NCBI GenBank assembly: GCA_016868015.1
Contig: VGIF01000002.1
Location: 1-58,636 of the forward strand
Length of the DNA stretch: 58,636 nucleotides
DNA from: Betaproteobacteria bacterium
Lineage (GTDB): Bacteria > Pseudomonadota > Gammaproteobacteria > Burkholderiales > SG8-41
Reading direction: 5' to 3'
Positions 27,198 to 36,400 of this stretch are shown one piece after another. Position 1 is the stretch's first letter. Every line of letters starts with the position of its first letter. The notes below the pieces were generated by a model. It was not told the DNA's origin. It did no database searches and was given only the letters and a program-made list of their open reading frames with translations. A program made the translations under genes and the position numbers.

Positions 27198-28985
27198 TTA
27201 TTGATCGGCGCTCCTGGGCAACAACCCTTCCTCGATCGCCTTGATCTGCATCGCCACATAACGCGAATAGGTGCGGCAATTGGCAAAGCTGCCGCCGATG
27301 AACCACAAGCCTTCTTGCGGCGTGCGCCGCCACATATTGTTCATTTCACCGTCCGGGCGCAGGCCCCACACCGGGCCGACTTTTTTGGCAACGGCCTCGC
27401 CCAGTATGTTGCCGATCACTTCGCCCTGCATCACAAAGCCCGTGCCCAGCACGATGAGATCCGCGGGCTTGACCGTGCCGTCTATTAACGAGGCGCCGTT
27501 CGCGGTAAAGCTTTCGATGCGATCCCACTGCATCAGTCCGATCTTGCCGTCGATGACGAGTTGCGCACAACCGCCATCGAGAAAATATCCGCCGTAGCGC
27601 CTGCGAATCAGCATTTGATGGCCGGCGTTGTCGTCCCCCATGCTCCACTTGAAGCCGCGCGCCGTGAGGCCCTCGATCATTTTTTTATCCGCTTCGACCA
27701 TGCGCGCGGTGATCAACTGCAGGTTCTTGCGCAGCACCGGAAAGGTGTTGGTGGCGGCGAACAGATCACCGTCCTCCAGCGGCACGCCTTCGTAAACGCC
27801 GTAAATCATTTTGGCGCTGGGGTTGATGCTCACCACGGTGGTGGCGCCGCGTTGGATCAGCGTGACATCCGCGCCGTACGAATAAAGATCGTGCGCCACG
27901 TCGTGCGCGCTGGTGCCGGTGCCGAGGATCAGCGCCTTTTTGCCGCGCCACTTCGCGCCGTCGGAAAACGCCGCGGTGTGCAGCACTTCGCCCTTGAAAT
28001 CCTTAAGCCCCGGCAGATCGGGTTTGTTGGGCTTGCCCACCAGCCCGTTGGCGAACACCAGGTGTTTGGGATGCAGCGTGCGTTCACTGCCGTCAAGTTT
28101 GCGCACAAGCGCATTCCAGCACCCGGCGGCGGCATCGTAATCGGCCTTCACCAATTCGGTGCCGGTCCAAAAATTGATTTCCATCGCCACCGCGTAGGCC
28201 TCGAACCAATCGGCGAGCATGTCCTTGGGCAGATAGGTCGGCCAACTCACCGGAAACGGCATGTAAGGCAAATGGTTGAATTCGGTGTTGTTGTGCAACG
28301 CAAGCGAGTGATACCGCGTGCGCCAGCAATCGCCCACGCGCGGCAGCTTGTCCACCACCAGGCAATCGACGCCGATCAGCCCCAGCGTCGCGGCAAACGA
28401 CAGCCCCGCCTGGCCGCCGCCGGCGATCAGCACCGTGGGCTCGCGCCCGGCGTAGGCTTGCGCGGCCGCGCGCTGATCCTTCCAATTGGCGCCGCCAAAA
28501 TTGCGCGAATACGCTTCGCCGGTAACGCGGCGTTTGCCGATTTTTTCCTCAAAGCCTTTGAGTTCGTGCAGGCTGGTCATCAACTGAAACGCTTGCGCCG
28601 GCGCGCTCGCCAACAGCCGCAGCACGCCAAAGCCGCGCCCCACTTCGCTTTCGAACTGAACTATCGCCTCGATCACATCGGTGCCCGCGCGGGTAACGCG
28701 CCGCGGCGGCGTGCGCTCGCGCGCGATGGCAAAATCGCGCACCCTGGCGCCGCGCTGGTGCCTGACCATCAACGCGGCGATTTCGTTCGCGCCCTGGCAC
28801 GGCGTGATCGTCCACGTGAACGCCAGCAGATCGCGCCAGTGGCCGTCGGCGGCGAACAGCGCAGCGATCGACGCTTCGCTTTCGGCGTCGAGCGCGTCAT
28901 TGAATTGTTCGAGCCAGTGTTCTACAAGCGTGTGGTTGGCAAGGCCTGCGGCGTTTTGCGAGACCCGTTCGTTGGCGACGTTCAT
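27198..28985 (-). CDS. flavin-containing (Baeyer-Villiger-type) monooxygenase with N-terminal extension
   Basis: Carries the FAD motif IAGGGQAGLS and the NADPH motif ILGTGTSAHD; 595 aa; SD GAGG. Confidence 0.8.
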   Translation of the reverse strand: MNVANERVSQNAAGLANHTLVEHWLEQFNDALDAESEASIAALFAADGHWRDLLAFTWTITPCQGANEIAALMVRHQRGARVRDFAIARERTPPRRVTRAGTDVIEAIVQFESEVGRGFGVLRLLASAPAQAFQLMTSLHELKGFEEKIGKRRVTGEAYSRNFGGANWKDQRAAAQAYAGREPTVLIAGGGQAGLSFAATLGLIGVDCLVVDKLPRVGDCWRTRYHSLALHNNTEFNHLPYMPFPVSWPTYLPKDMLADWFEAYAVAMEINFWTGTELVKADYDAAAGCWNALVRKLDGSERTLHPKHLVFANGLVGKPNKPDLPGLKDFKGEVLHTAAFSDGAKWRGKKALILGTGTSAHDVAHDLYSYGADVTLIQRGATTVVSINPSAKMIYGVYEGVPLEDGDLFAATNTFPVLRKNLQLITARMVEADKKMIEGLTARGFKWSMGDDNAGHQMLIRRRYGGYFLDGGCAQLVIDGKIGLMQWDRIESFTANGASLIDGTVKPADLIVLGTGFVMQGEVIGNILGEAVAKKVGPVWGLRPDGEMNNMWRRTPQEGLWFIGGSFANCRTYSRYVAMQIKAIEEGLLPRSADQ

Positions 28986-29034
28986 TCAAAAGACCTCGTT
29001 TATTGATCGCGGCGCGGCGGTTGCGCCCGCCGAT

Positions 29035-29469
29035 TTATTTCCGCGACGGCAACGCAATCACCGCATACCCCGGCGTGGTGCTCTTGCCGTCTTGATTGAG
29101 CACATTGATGTCGAGTCGCACCAGGTTCTCGCCATTCTCGGTTTTTTTCTCGGTGATTTTGCCGGTGCACGTCAACGTGTCGTGCTTTTGGTTGATGGCG
29201 CGGTATTGCACGTTCATTTCCTTCATCTCGGCTTCATCGCCCGCCCACTCGCGCAGCATGTTGTGCAAATACGCCCAGCGCAGATTGCCCATGCCGAACG
29301 CGCCTTGCGCGTTGCCGGCGTTTTTGCCCGATTCATCATCCATGTGGATGTACACAAACTCATCGTTGACGGCGGCGTAGCGGTTCCAGTGCATGAAGTC
29401 GGTTTGCTTGACCCACTTGGGGATTTCGTCGCCGACCTTGACGTCTTCAAAATATACTTTGCTGGCCAT
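29035..29469 (-). CDS. MaoC-like (hotdog-fold) dehydratase subunit
   Basis: 144-aa ORF with YAAVNDEFVYIHMD and GMGNL, typical of MaoC dehydratases. Confidence 0.75.
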   Translation of the reverse strand: MASKVYFEDVKVGDEIPKWVKQTDFMHWNRYAAVNDEFVYIHMDDESGKNAGNAQGAFGMGNLRWAYLHNMLREWAGDEAEMKEMNVQYRAINQKHDTLTCTGKITEKKTENGENLVRLDINVLNQDGKSTTPGYAVIALPSRK

Positions 29470-29478
29470 GACGATCTC

Positions 29479-29979
29479 CTAGTAGACGATGGAAATGGAA
29501 ATGCGGCTGCGCACGAACTCGCCCTTTTGATTGGTCCAGCGCATTTCGGTGTATTTGTAAAGCGTGAGGCCGAGCTTGCCGGTGTTCTCCTCCATCTTCA
29601 CCAGCGCGGTCTTGGAGGTGATCACATCGCCGGGACGGATCGGCACGCCATAGGTTTCTTTTTGTCCGCCGTTCATGGTGCGCTCGCCCACGCCGCGCTT
29701 GGCCGGCCGCGCCGCGCGGTCGGCGGGGCGCACCGCCGGCCACGCAAACGGGTTGAACTCACGCGGCGCGATGATGCCGCCGTGCTTGGTGGTCTTGGCG
29801 TAGGCCTCGTCCCAAAAAATTTTCGGCGGCACTTCGGGCCAATACACCGCGATCGCCCATTTGCGGATGTCGGAGCAATCGACCGGATGCGAGACCTCCG
29901 GCGCACTCCATACGTTTAGGCTGTCTTTGAGGGCTGGGGTGATATAGGTTGTGGCGGCGGTGGCGGCGTCCGTACTCAT
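29479..29979 (-). CDS. MaoC N-terminal-like / FAS1-type hotdog dehydratase subunit
   Basis: 166-aa ORF carrying IRKWAIAVYWPE...APREFNPFAW. It is adjacent to the MaoC-like gene with a 9-nt gap. Confidence 0.65.
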   Translation of the reverse strand: MSTDAATAATTYITPALKDSLNVWSAPEVSHPVDCSDIRKWAIAVYWPEVPPKIFWDEAYAKTTKHGGIIAPREFNPFAWPAVRPADRAARPAKRGVGERTMNGGQKETYGVPIRPGDVITSKTALVKMEENTGKLGLTLYKYTEMRWTNQKGEFVRSRISISIVY

Positions 29980-30006
29980 GAGGTCTCCAGTGATAAAGCG
30001 AATCGA

Positions 30007-30888
30007 TTAATAACCCACAAACTTCGGCGAGCGTTTTTCCAAAAACGCCGCAACACCTTCCTTGTGATCCTGCGTCTTGCGCGCGAGCTCCTGCGCGCGG
30101 CTGGCGAGCGCCAGATGCGCGGCCAAATCCTGCTGTGTCGCTTGGTGCACCAGTTGCTTGATCAAGCCCATCGAGTAGATCGGGCCTTTCGCCAAGCGCG
30201 TGGCGATTTCAATCGCGCGGTCGAGCAGTTTGTCGTCGTCGGTCAACTCGTTCACCAGCCCCAGGCGCAGCGCTTGCTCGCCATCGACCGCATCGCCGGT
30301 GTATTGCATCCACAGCGTATTGGCCATGCCGATCAGCTTGGGCAATTGCCAGGTGCTGCCATCCGCCGGCACCAGGCCGTTGCGGATAAACGCTTCGGAG
30401 AAACGTGCGGCACGCCCGGCGACGCGCAAATCACACGCCAGCGCGATGCCGCAACCCAGGCCGTACGCCGCGCCATTCACCGCCGCGATCGAGGGTTTTT
30501 GCAGGTTGTGCAGCACGCGCACGATTTCCGGCCCCATGCGCTGGCCGCCGCGCTCGCGCGCGCCATAGACCGGGTCGAGCGCTTCCCACGGGCCGGGGCG
30601 CGGCTCGCTTTGCGAGGCTTTATTTTTCTCGGCTTCCTGGATGCGTTGGCGAAAACCGCGCACATTCGCACCCGAGCAAAATGCGCTGCCGGCGCCGGTG
30701 AGCACCAGGCAGCGCAAGTCCGGGTTCACGCCGAAATCGGTGACGGTTTGCACCAAGTCGTCCGACAACGCCGGGCCTAGCGCGTTGCGGGTGGCGGGGT
30801 CGTTCAACGTCAAAATCAACACGCCGTCGGCGGTGGCGCGCTTTAACAGCACGTCGCCGTCCGACGGCGCCTTATCGGTGGTGGCCAT
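30007..30888 (-). CDS. enoyl-CoA hydratase/isomerase (crotonase) family protein
   Basis: Carries LTLNDPATRNAL, LTGAGSAFCSGAN and AAVNGAAYGLGCGIALACD. The ATG at 30888 has the SD AGAGGA. Confidence 0.88.
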   Translation of the reverse strand: MATTDKAPSDGDVLLKRATADGVLILTLNDPATRNALGPALSDDLVQTVTDFGVNPDLRCLVLTGAGSAFCSGANVRGFRQRIQEAEKNKASQSEPRPGPWEALDPVYGARERGGQRMGPEIVRVLHNLQKPSIAAVNGAAYGLGCGIALACDLRVAGRAARFSEAFIRNGLVPADGSTWQLPKLIGMANTLWMQYTGDAVDGEQALRLGLVNELTDDDKLLDRAIEIATRLAKGPIYSMGLIKQLVHQATQQDLAAHLALASRAQELARKTQDHKEGVAAFLEKRSPKFVGY

Positions 30889-31083
30889 TACAAATCCTCT
30901 GTGTGGTTTGAATCGTAGGCGTGTTTTCGAGTCTAGCACCGCGCGCAATACGGCTGTCCGCATTGCTCATCATTTGGCCCGCCGTTCGCATCTTGTGCTG
31001 TAGGCGCGTAAGATAGTTGCTGTTGACGACCTCCAGCCAGATCTGCGGCCGACCCATGAGGCGCTAGTAGCGAGACTGCCCCC

Positions 31084-31116
31084 AAAAAAATATTTTATAA
31101 AATCAAATACTTACGT
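31084..31116 (-). repeat. AT-rich element copy D
   Basis: The reverse strand reads ACGTAAGTATTTGATTTTATAAAATATTTTTTT. It ends 19 nt upstream of the ACAD ATG at 31136. Confidence 0.85.
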
Positions 31117-31135
31117 TTTACCCAGGAGTAAGCTT

Positions 31136-32365
31136 ATGAATTTCGCGATTGAAGACTCCGCCGAGCAAGGCACGTTTCGCAAGGAGGCGCGTGCGTTTAT
31201 CGAAGAAATCGTGCCGTCCACGCTTGAACACATGGCGGACCCGGTCGATATGTCGTACGAGCAATATCAAATTCGCCGCGACATCGGGCGTGCGTTGGGC
31301 GAGCGCGGTTGGTTATATCCGTCGATGCCCAAGGAGTACGGCGGCGGTGATCTCTCCGCCGAGAACGTCGCGATTCTGCACGATGAAATGACGCGCATCG
31401 GTTTGGCGCTGCCGCCTTACTACGATGCCGGCGGCCGCATGGGCGCGCCGACGATTTTGGTGTGGGGCACCGACGAACACAAAAAACGTTTTCTGCCGCC
31501 GATTTGCAAGGGCCTGGTGCGCACCTGGCAGTTGTTGTCCGAGCCGGGCGCGGGCTCCGATCTCGCGGGCATCAAAACCACCGCGATACGAGACGGCAAT
31601 CACTACGTCGTCAACGGTCAAAAAATGTATGTCGGCAGCTCGCACGGCGCCGATCAATCGTGGACGATTGTCGTCACCGACCCCAAAGGCGAGCGCCACA
31701 AAAATTTATCGTGGCTGATGATCCCGATGGATTTGCCCGGCATCACGGTGACGCCGATGGATTTGCTCGCCACCGGCGGCGAAGGCGGCAGTGGCTGCGG
31801 CGTGAAAAACGCGGTGTTCTTCGACAACGTGCGCGTGCCGGCGGACAACCTCGTCGGCGGCGAAAACAACGGCTGGAAGGTCGCCACCACGCACTTGGAA
31901 GTCGAACACGGCGGCATGGGCCGCTTGGCCGACCGCCGCGCGATCACCGATTTCATCAACGTGTGCAAAGAAAAGCACGATGGCTGGGCCATCGCCGACG
32001 ACCCCGACGCGCGCGAGGAAATCGTCAATCTCTACATCGAATCCGAAATCACTAAGCTCTTCGCGCTGCGCAATCACTGGCTGTCGCACACCAATCAGCC
32101 ACGTTCGTACGAAGGCTCGCAATACAGCTTGCGGCGCAAGCTGTCGGGTCTCGATATCGGCGAAAAAATGGTGCGTATCGCGGGGCCGCTGGTGCTCACC
32201 AAAGACAAGCGCTGGGCACCGGTGAATGGCGCGATCGAATATTTCCAACGCGATTCGATCACCGCGCTGCATCCGGGCGCGACCACCGATATTCAGCGCG
32301 TGATCATGGCGCGGCGGCTAGGCATCGGCGGGCGCGAGAAGGAAAAAGCGGCGAATCTGCGCTAG
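31136..32365 (+). CDS. acyl-CoA dehydrogenase family protein (canonical YEGT catalytic-Glu position reads HPGA)
   Basis: ACAD-like sequence (WQLLSEPGAGSDLAG, VVNGQKMYV). The C-terminal motif reads ALHPGATTDIQRVIMARRL. SD AGGAG. Confidence 0.85.
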   Translation: MNFAIEDSAEQGTFRKEARAFIEEIVPSTLEHMADPVDMSYEQYQIRRDIGRALGERGWLYPSMPKEYGGGDLSAENVAILHDEMTRIGLALPPYYDAGGRMGAPTILVWGTDEHKKRFLPPICKGLVRTWQLLSEPGAGSDLAGIKTTAIRDGNHYVVNGQKMYVGSSHGADQSWTIVVTDPKGERHKNLSWLMIPMDLPGITVTPMDLLATGGEGGSGCGVKNAVFFDNVRVPADNLVGGENNGWKVATTHLEVEHGGMGRLADRRAITDFINVCKEKHDGWAIADDPDAREEIVNLYIESEITKLFALRNHWLSHTNQPRSYEGSQYSLRRKLSGLDIGEKMVRIAGPLVLTKDKRWAPVNGAIEYFQRDSITALHPGATTDIQRVIMARRLGIGGREKEKAANLR

Positions 32366-32377
32366 CGAACATAAACC

Positions 32378-32479
32378 TTCACCGCAGAGGCGATAAGACG
32401 CAGAGAACCCCACGCAGAGAACGTCAAACCAAAGGCTTTTCTCTACGCAACCTCTGCGTCTTTGCGCCTCTGCGGTGAG
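32378..32479. repeat. Long imperfect hairpin built from CGCAGAG-type units
   Basis: The left arm is ttcaccgcagaggcgataagacgcagagaaccccacgcagagaa and the right arm is ttctctacgcaacctctgcgtctttgcgcctctgcggtgag. It lies between the two ACAD genes. Confidence 0.85.
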
Positions 32480-32510
32480 ATTTGAAACTAATTCTTGGCA
32501 GGGACCGATC

Positions 32511-33629
32511 ATGGACCTCTCACTCAACGACACCCAACAACTGATTCAAGATTCAGCCAAAGATTTCGTGCGGGGCGCATGTGGCCGCGATGTGCTGTTA
32601 AAACTCGACCGCGATCCCGCGCTGGTCATGAGCACGCTGTGGAAGCCGATGTCGGAACTGGGCTGGACCGGCATGGCGATCCCCGAACAATACGGCGGCA
32701 CCGGTAATAGCTTGACCGACGTGGCCGTGCTGTTCGAGGAACTCGGCTGCGGCCCGGTGCCGGGGCCGCTATTTTCTTCCGCCGTGCTGTGCGCGCGCAT
32801 CGTTCTCGAGGCCGCCAGCGACGCGCAGAAAAAAGCCTGGCTGCCGAAAATCGCCGGCGGCGAGCGGGTGTTTGCGCTGGCGCTGACCGAGCAACACTAC
32901 AACTGGTCGGGCAACGGCATTCGTTCTTATGCCAAGCGCGATGGCAGCGGCTATACGCTGTCCGGCACAAAAGTGTTCGTGCACGATGCGCTTTACGCCA
33001 CCGACTTATTGGTCGCGGCGCGCGTCGATGGCGCGGCGCAAATCAGTTTGGTACGCGTCGATGCCAAGGCCGCGGGCGTGGCGGTGCGCGCGCTCGATGG
33101 TTTCATCAACGGCCTGAGCGAAGTGGTGTTGAATAACGTCAAAGTCGCCGCGGACGATGTGATCGCCAACGCCTGGGGCCCTGCCGAGCGCGCGATGCTG
33201 GCGGTGACGCCGGTGCTGTGCGCCTACAAAGTCGGTTCGTGTAAAGCCGTGTTCGATATGTCTCTCACCTACGCACGCGACCGCACCCAATTCGGCCAGA
33301 TCATCGGCCGCTTTGCGCGCGTGCAGGACCATCTGATTCACTTGGTGAATTACCTCGACTCGGCGCGCTGGACCACCTACGAAGCGCTGTGGAAACTCGA
33401 CAGCGGCATGGACGCCGCCTCAAGCTGCCACGTCGCCAAATCGGTGACTTCGGAGAGCTATATGCGCGCCTGCGACTACGCGCACGAAGTGCACGCGGGC
33501 ATCGGCGTGTCACGCGAATACGGGCTGACGCTGCACACCAAGATGTCGCGCTCGTTGTACCACTGCCTTGGCGCGCCGAAATTGCATCGCAAGAAGTTGG
33601 AGAGTGTGTTGGGGTTGGTGGCGGGGTAA
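32511..33629 (+). CDS. acyl-CoA dehydrogenase family protein (second subunit of an adjacent pair)
   Basis: ACAD-like sequence (LSGTKVFVHDA, RDRTQFGQIIGRF, HAGIGVSREYGL). The start was taken at the ATG at 32511. Confidence 0.8.
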   Translation: MDLSLNDTQQLIQDSAKDFVRGACGRDVLLKLDRDPALVMSTLWKPMSELGWTGMAIPEQYGGTGNSLTDVAVLFEELGCGPVPGPLFSSAVLCARIVLEAASDAQKKAWLPKIAGGERVFALALTEQHYNWSGNGIRSYAKRDGSGYTLSGTKVFVHDALYATDLLVAARVDGAAQISLVRVDAKAAGVAVRALDGFINGLSEVVLNNVKVAADDVIANAWGPAERAMLAVTPVLCAYKVGSCKAVFDMSLTYARDRTQFGQIIGRFARVQDHLIHLVNYLDSARWTTYEALWKLDSGMDAASSCHVAKSVTSESYMRACDYAHEVHAGIGVSREYGLTLHTKMSRSLYHCLGAPKLHRKKLESVLGLVAG

Positions 33630-33675
33630 CTTCGCGGGCGGCAGCGAAAGCAAGACGCCGCGGCATCACCTATTT

Positions 33676-33787
33676 CGTCATTCTGGCGAAGGCCAGAATC
33701 CAGGTCGTAAACCTTCAGTGCGTTGCACTGCAAATTTGCGCTTCGCGTAAGTTACAACCTGGGTTCCGGCTTTCGCTGGAACGACGG
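33676..33787. repeat. REP-like composite of the same class (ATTCTGGCGAAGGCCAGAAT / GTTCCGGCTTTCGCTGGAAC)
   Basis: Reads cgtcattctggcgaaggccagaatccagg ... cctgggttccggctttcgctggaacgacgg. It lies in a convergent intergenic region. Confidence 0.85.
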
Positions 33788-33805
33788 TAACAATAAGGCC
33801 GCCGT

Positions 33806-34588
33806 TTACGTCCCCGTAAACACCGGCTCGCGCCGATCAAACCCCGCCTTCACCCCTTCCCTGAAGTCGTTGGTCTCGCGCAGCATCATTTGCATCATCG
33901 CTTCGCGCTCGGTCGCCGCGCGAAAACCGTTGAACAATTCGGTGTTGATCGTCTCGCGCGCGGCTTGCACGGCGAGCGGGCCGGATTTGGCGAGTTCCAG
34001 CGCCATCGCTTTCGCTTCATCGCGCACCTGATCTTGCATCACCAAGCGGTCGGCCAAACCAATTTTCACCGCTTCTTCGCCCGGCAAACGTTTGCCGGTC
34101 AGCATCAGCCACTTCGCGGTTTGATGGCCGACCAGCCGCGGCAGCGTATACGTCAAACCAAAGCCGGGGTGATAACCCAGCGCGCAAAAGTTAGCCGCCA
34201 GGCGCGCTTCCTTGCAGGTGACGCGAAAATCCGCCACCAGCGCCAAGCCCAGCCCCGCGCCAATGGCGCTGCCGTGCACCGCGGCGACGATGGGCTTTTT
34301 GGTTTGCACCAAACGCTGCGCTTCGTGATACAGGTGCTTGGGTTGCGTGGGCGCTTTTTTGCCCGCCTCCTCGTCGGCCACGCGTTTGCCGAGATTGGCG
34401 CCGGCGCTGAAATGTTTGCCGGCGGCGGCGAGCACGATCGCACGCACCATGACGTTTTTGTCGAGCGCCTCCATCGCGTTGGCGAGATGGCCGATCAATT
34501 CGACGTCGATAAAGTTGTTCGGCGGCCGCCGCAATTCCACGATTGCCACGTGACCGTCGATGCTGACGCCGATTTCTTCGCTGCTCAT
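33806..34588 (-). CDS. enoyl-CoA hydratase/isomerase (crotonase) family protein
   Basis: Carries VELRRPPNNF, AAAGKHFSAGAN and AAVHGSAIGAGLGLALVADF. The ATG at 34588 has the SD GGAGA. Confidence 0.88.
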   Translation of the reverse strand: MSSEEIGVSIDGHVAIVELRRPPNNFIDVELIGHLANAMEALDKNVMVRAIVLAAAGKHFSAGANLGKRVADEEAGKKAPTQPKHLYHEAQRLVQTKKPIVAAVHGSAIGAGLGLALVADFRVTCKEARLAANFCALGYHPGFGLTYTLPRLVGHQTAKWLMLTGKRLPGEEAVKIGLADRLVMQDQVRDEAKAMALELAKSGPLAVQAARETINTELFNGFRAATEREAMMQMMLRETNDFREGVKAGFDRREPVFTGT

Positions 34589-34714
34589 GTTGTTCTCCGA
34601 TTGAAGTGGGCTTGATCCGGTGCTATTGTAAAGTTTGCGGCACCGACGCGCAGCCATGCATTCGACAAACATCGGCGCCTGGTAGGGCCGCTTCTTGCGT
34701 GAGGAGGAATCGAT

Positions 34715-35164
34715 ATGAGCTTAAACCGCGTTACGGGGCGTTTATCCGTCATGACCGCGTTGGTGCTGCTGGCCCCGGCCGCGCATTCACTCGACGAACG
34801 CGGCGCCAAAGCAGTGATCGCCAAATTCATGGGTTCGCAGAAGATCGAGGGCATGGATTTATCGGCAAGGGAACACGTGATTGCCGACCTTAACGGCGAT
34901 GGCAGGCCCGACATCGTGCTGCTGTGGGATGCCCTGGGGCCGACATTCGGTTACTCCAAAATGTCGATTTTTCTCGATCAGGGCAAGAACTATCGTACGT
35001 TGACTACCGACCTCGGCGGACAGGTTGAAAAACTCACTGTCAAAGGTTCGACCATAGTGGTGGACAGTTTGATGCCGGGCCCTAACGACCCTCGCTGTTG
35101 CCCAACGATAAAAACCCAAACGCGCTTTCAGTGGACAAGCGACAAACTCATCCGGCTAAAGTGA
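34715..35164 (+). CDS. secreted hypothetical protein (FG-GAP/VCBS-like DLNGDGRPDIVLL motif)
   Basis: SD GAGGAGG and a signal peptide ...LLAPAAHS. I recognise no family beyond the short motif. Confidence 0.6.
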   Translation: MSLNRVTGRLSVMTALVLLAPAAHSLDERGAKAVIAKFMGSQKIEGMDLSAREHVIADLNGDGRPDIVLLWDALGPTFGYSKMSIFLDQGKNYRTLTTDLGGQVEKLTVKGSTIVVDSLMPGPNDPRCCPTIKTQTRFQWTSDKLIRLK

Positions 35165-35187
35165 GTCTTCATCAGAAGTTTCAATAA

Positions 35188-35213
35188 ATAGCTGATTTTA
35201 TTGAACATTTTTT
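35188..35213 (+). repeat. AT-rich element copy J (5' part diverged)
   Basis: Reads ATAGCTGATTTTATTGAACATTTTTT. It overlaps the amidase stop codon at 35198. Confidence 0.55.
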
Positions 35214-36370
35214 GCAATACTTAAAAGCATTTCGTCGTTGCCGCGCGCCGCAACGATCGACAAACCGAGCGGACAACCGTTCAACGTCGCCAACGGCAGA
35301 TTCACTTGCGGCAAACGGCCGATACCGGAAATGCACAACATGCCCATCGCGCGCTCGCGAAACGCGGTGGTTTGGTCGTGCGGGCAGTTCACCAGCGGCG
35401 CGATATCGGGCACCGTGGGCAATACGAGTACGGCGTTGTTGGCGAGCAGTTTATCGAGGCGAGCGGCGAGTTCCTCACGTTGCGGTATCGCTTGCGCGAC
35501 TTCCGCGGCGGTAACCTTCTGCACCGCTTCGAAACGTTTGCCGATGGCGATGCCGAAATTCGGTTTCTCGCGCGTCACCCATTCGCGATGCGTGTCCCAA
35601 ATTTCGGCGAACTGCAAAATGCGAAACACCTCGAACCAGTTGTTGAGCCCCTCGGCGCTCACCGTAACCGGCTCGGCCTTGCCCAACACTTTTTCCACGC
35701 GCGCAATCGCGGGGCGCAAAGCTTGTTGGGCTTCGGGCGTTGCCAGCGCGTATGCATCCTCGGCGAGCAGCACGCGCCCGGGTGCTGCGGCTTTGCCGCC
35801 CAGCAACACCTCACCCACGCGCGCAAGCAAGGCCGCATCGCGCGCAAACCAACCGCAGGTATCGAAGCCAGGTGCTAACGGACACACGTGCTCCAGCGAA
35901 ATACGTCCATGGGTGGGCCGTATGCCGTAAATGCCGCAAAAACTCGCCGGGCCGCGCACCGAACCGCCGGTGTCGCTGCCGATTGCAAAGTCACACAGCT
36001 TGCCCGCCACCGCCGCCGCCGAACCGCTTGACGAGCCGCCCGGCACCCGCCCCGGCGCCGCGACATTTTTCGGCGTGCCGTAGTGCGCGTTTTCACCGGT
36101 CAGGCTAAACGCCATTTCCTCGGTGTGCGTTTTGCCGATGAGATGCGCGCCGGCGTCGAGCAATTTTTGGGTCACCGGCGCATGCACTTTGGCCGCCTCG
36201 TGCGTGCGCAACCAATCGGGGCAGCCGAAACCGGTTTTATGGCCGGCGACATCAAAAATATCCTTCAAGCCGAACGTCAGCCCGGCGAGCGCGCCGCTCG
36301 CCGCGCCTTTAAGTTCGACATGGGTGTGGCGGCAGAAGGCGCCGAGTTGGTCTTGATCGAGGATGCTCAT
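35198..36370 (-). CDS. amidase-signature family amidase
   Basis: Carries the GGSSSGSAAAVA signature within a 390-aa ORF. Confidence 0.88.
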   Translation of the reverse strand: MSILDQDQLGAFCRHTHVELKGAASGALAGLTFGLKDIFDVAGHKTGFGCPDWLRTHEAAKVHAPVTQKLLDAGAHLIGKTHTEEMAFSLTGENAHYGTPKNVAAPGRVPGGSSSGSAAAVAGKLCDFAIGSDTGGSVRGPASFCGIYGIRPTHGRISLEHVCPLAPGFDTCGWFARDAALLARVGEVLLGGKAAAPGRVLLAEDAYALATPEAQQALRPAIARVEKVLGKAEPVTVSAEGLNNWFEVFRILQFAEIWDTHREWVTREKPNFGIAIGKRFEAVQKVTAAEVAQAIPQREELAARLDKLLANNAVLVLPTVPDIAPLVNCPHDQTTAFRERAMGMLCISGIGRLPQVNLPLATLNGCPLGLSIVAARGNDEMLLSIAKNVQ

Positions 36371-36400
36371 GGCAATGTATTTTCTAAAAGTTGATTACGG

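Noticed and set aside
27561-29006. Long antisense ORFs opposite recognised genes: this 481-aa ORF, and also 47427-49052 (541 aa), 45966-47177 (403 aa), 28681-29919, 41480-42553, 8705-9679 and 15200-16060.
   Set aside because: Their translations are Arg/His/Gly/Ala-rich with no recognisable motifs. Each lies opposite an ORF with clear family signatures. Stop-poor antisense frames are expected in GC-rich DNA.
36371-36400. Possible extra copy of the AT-rich element (ttctaaaagttgattacgg) between the AAA and amidase genes. CGTAAG-containing strings at about 23600 and 33745 were also considered.
   Set aside because: Only 6-9 nt match the consensus, which is insufficient to distinguish from chance.
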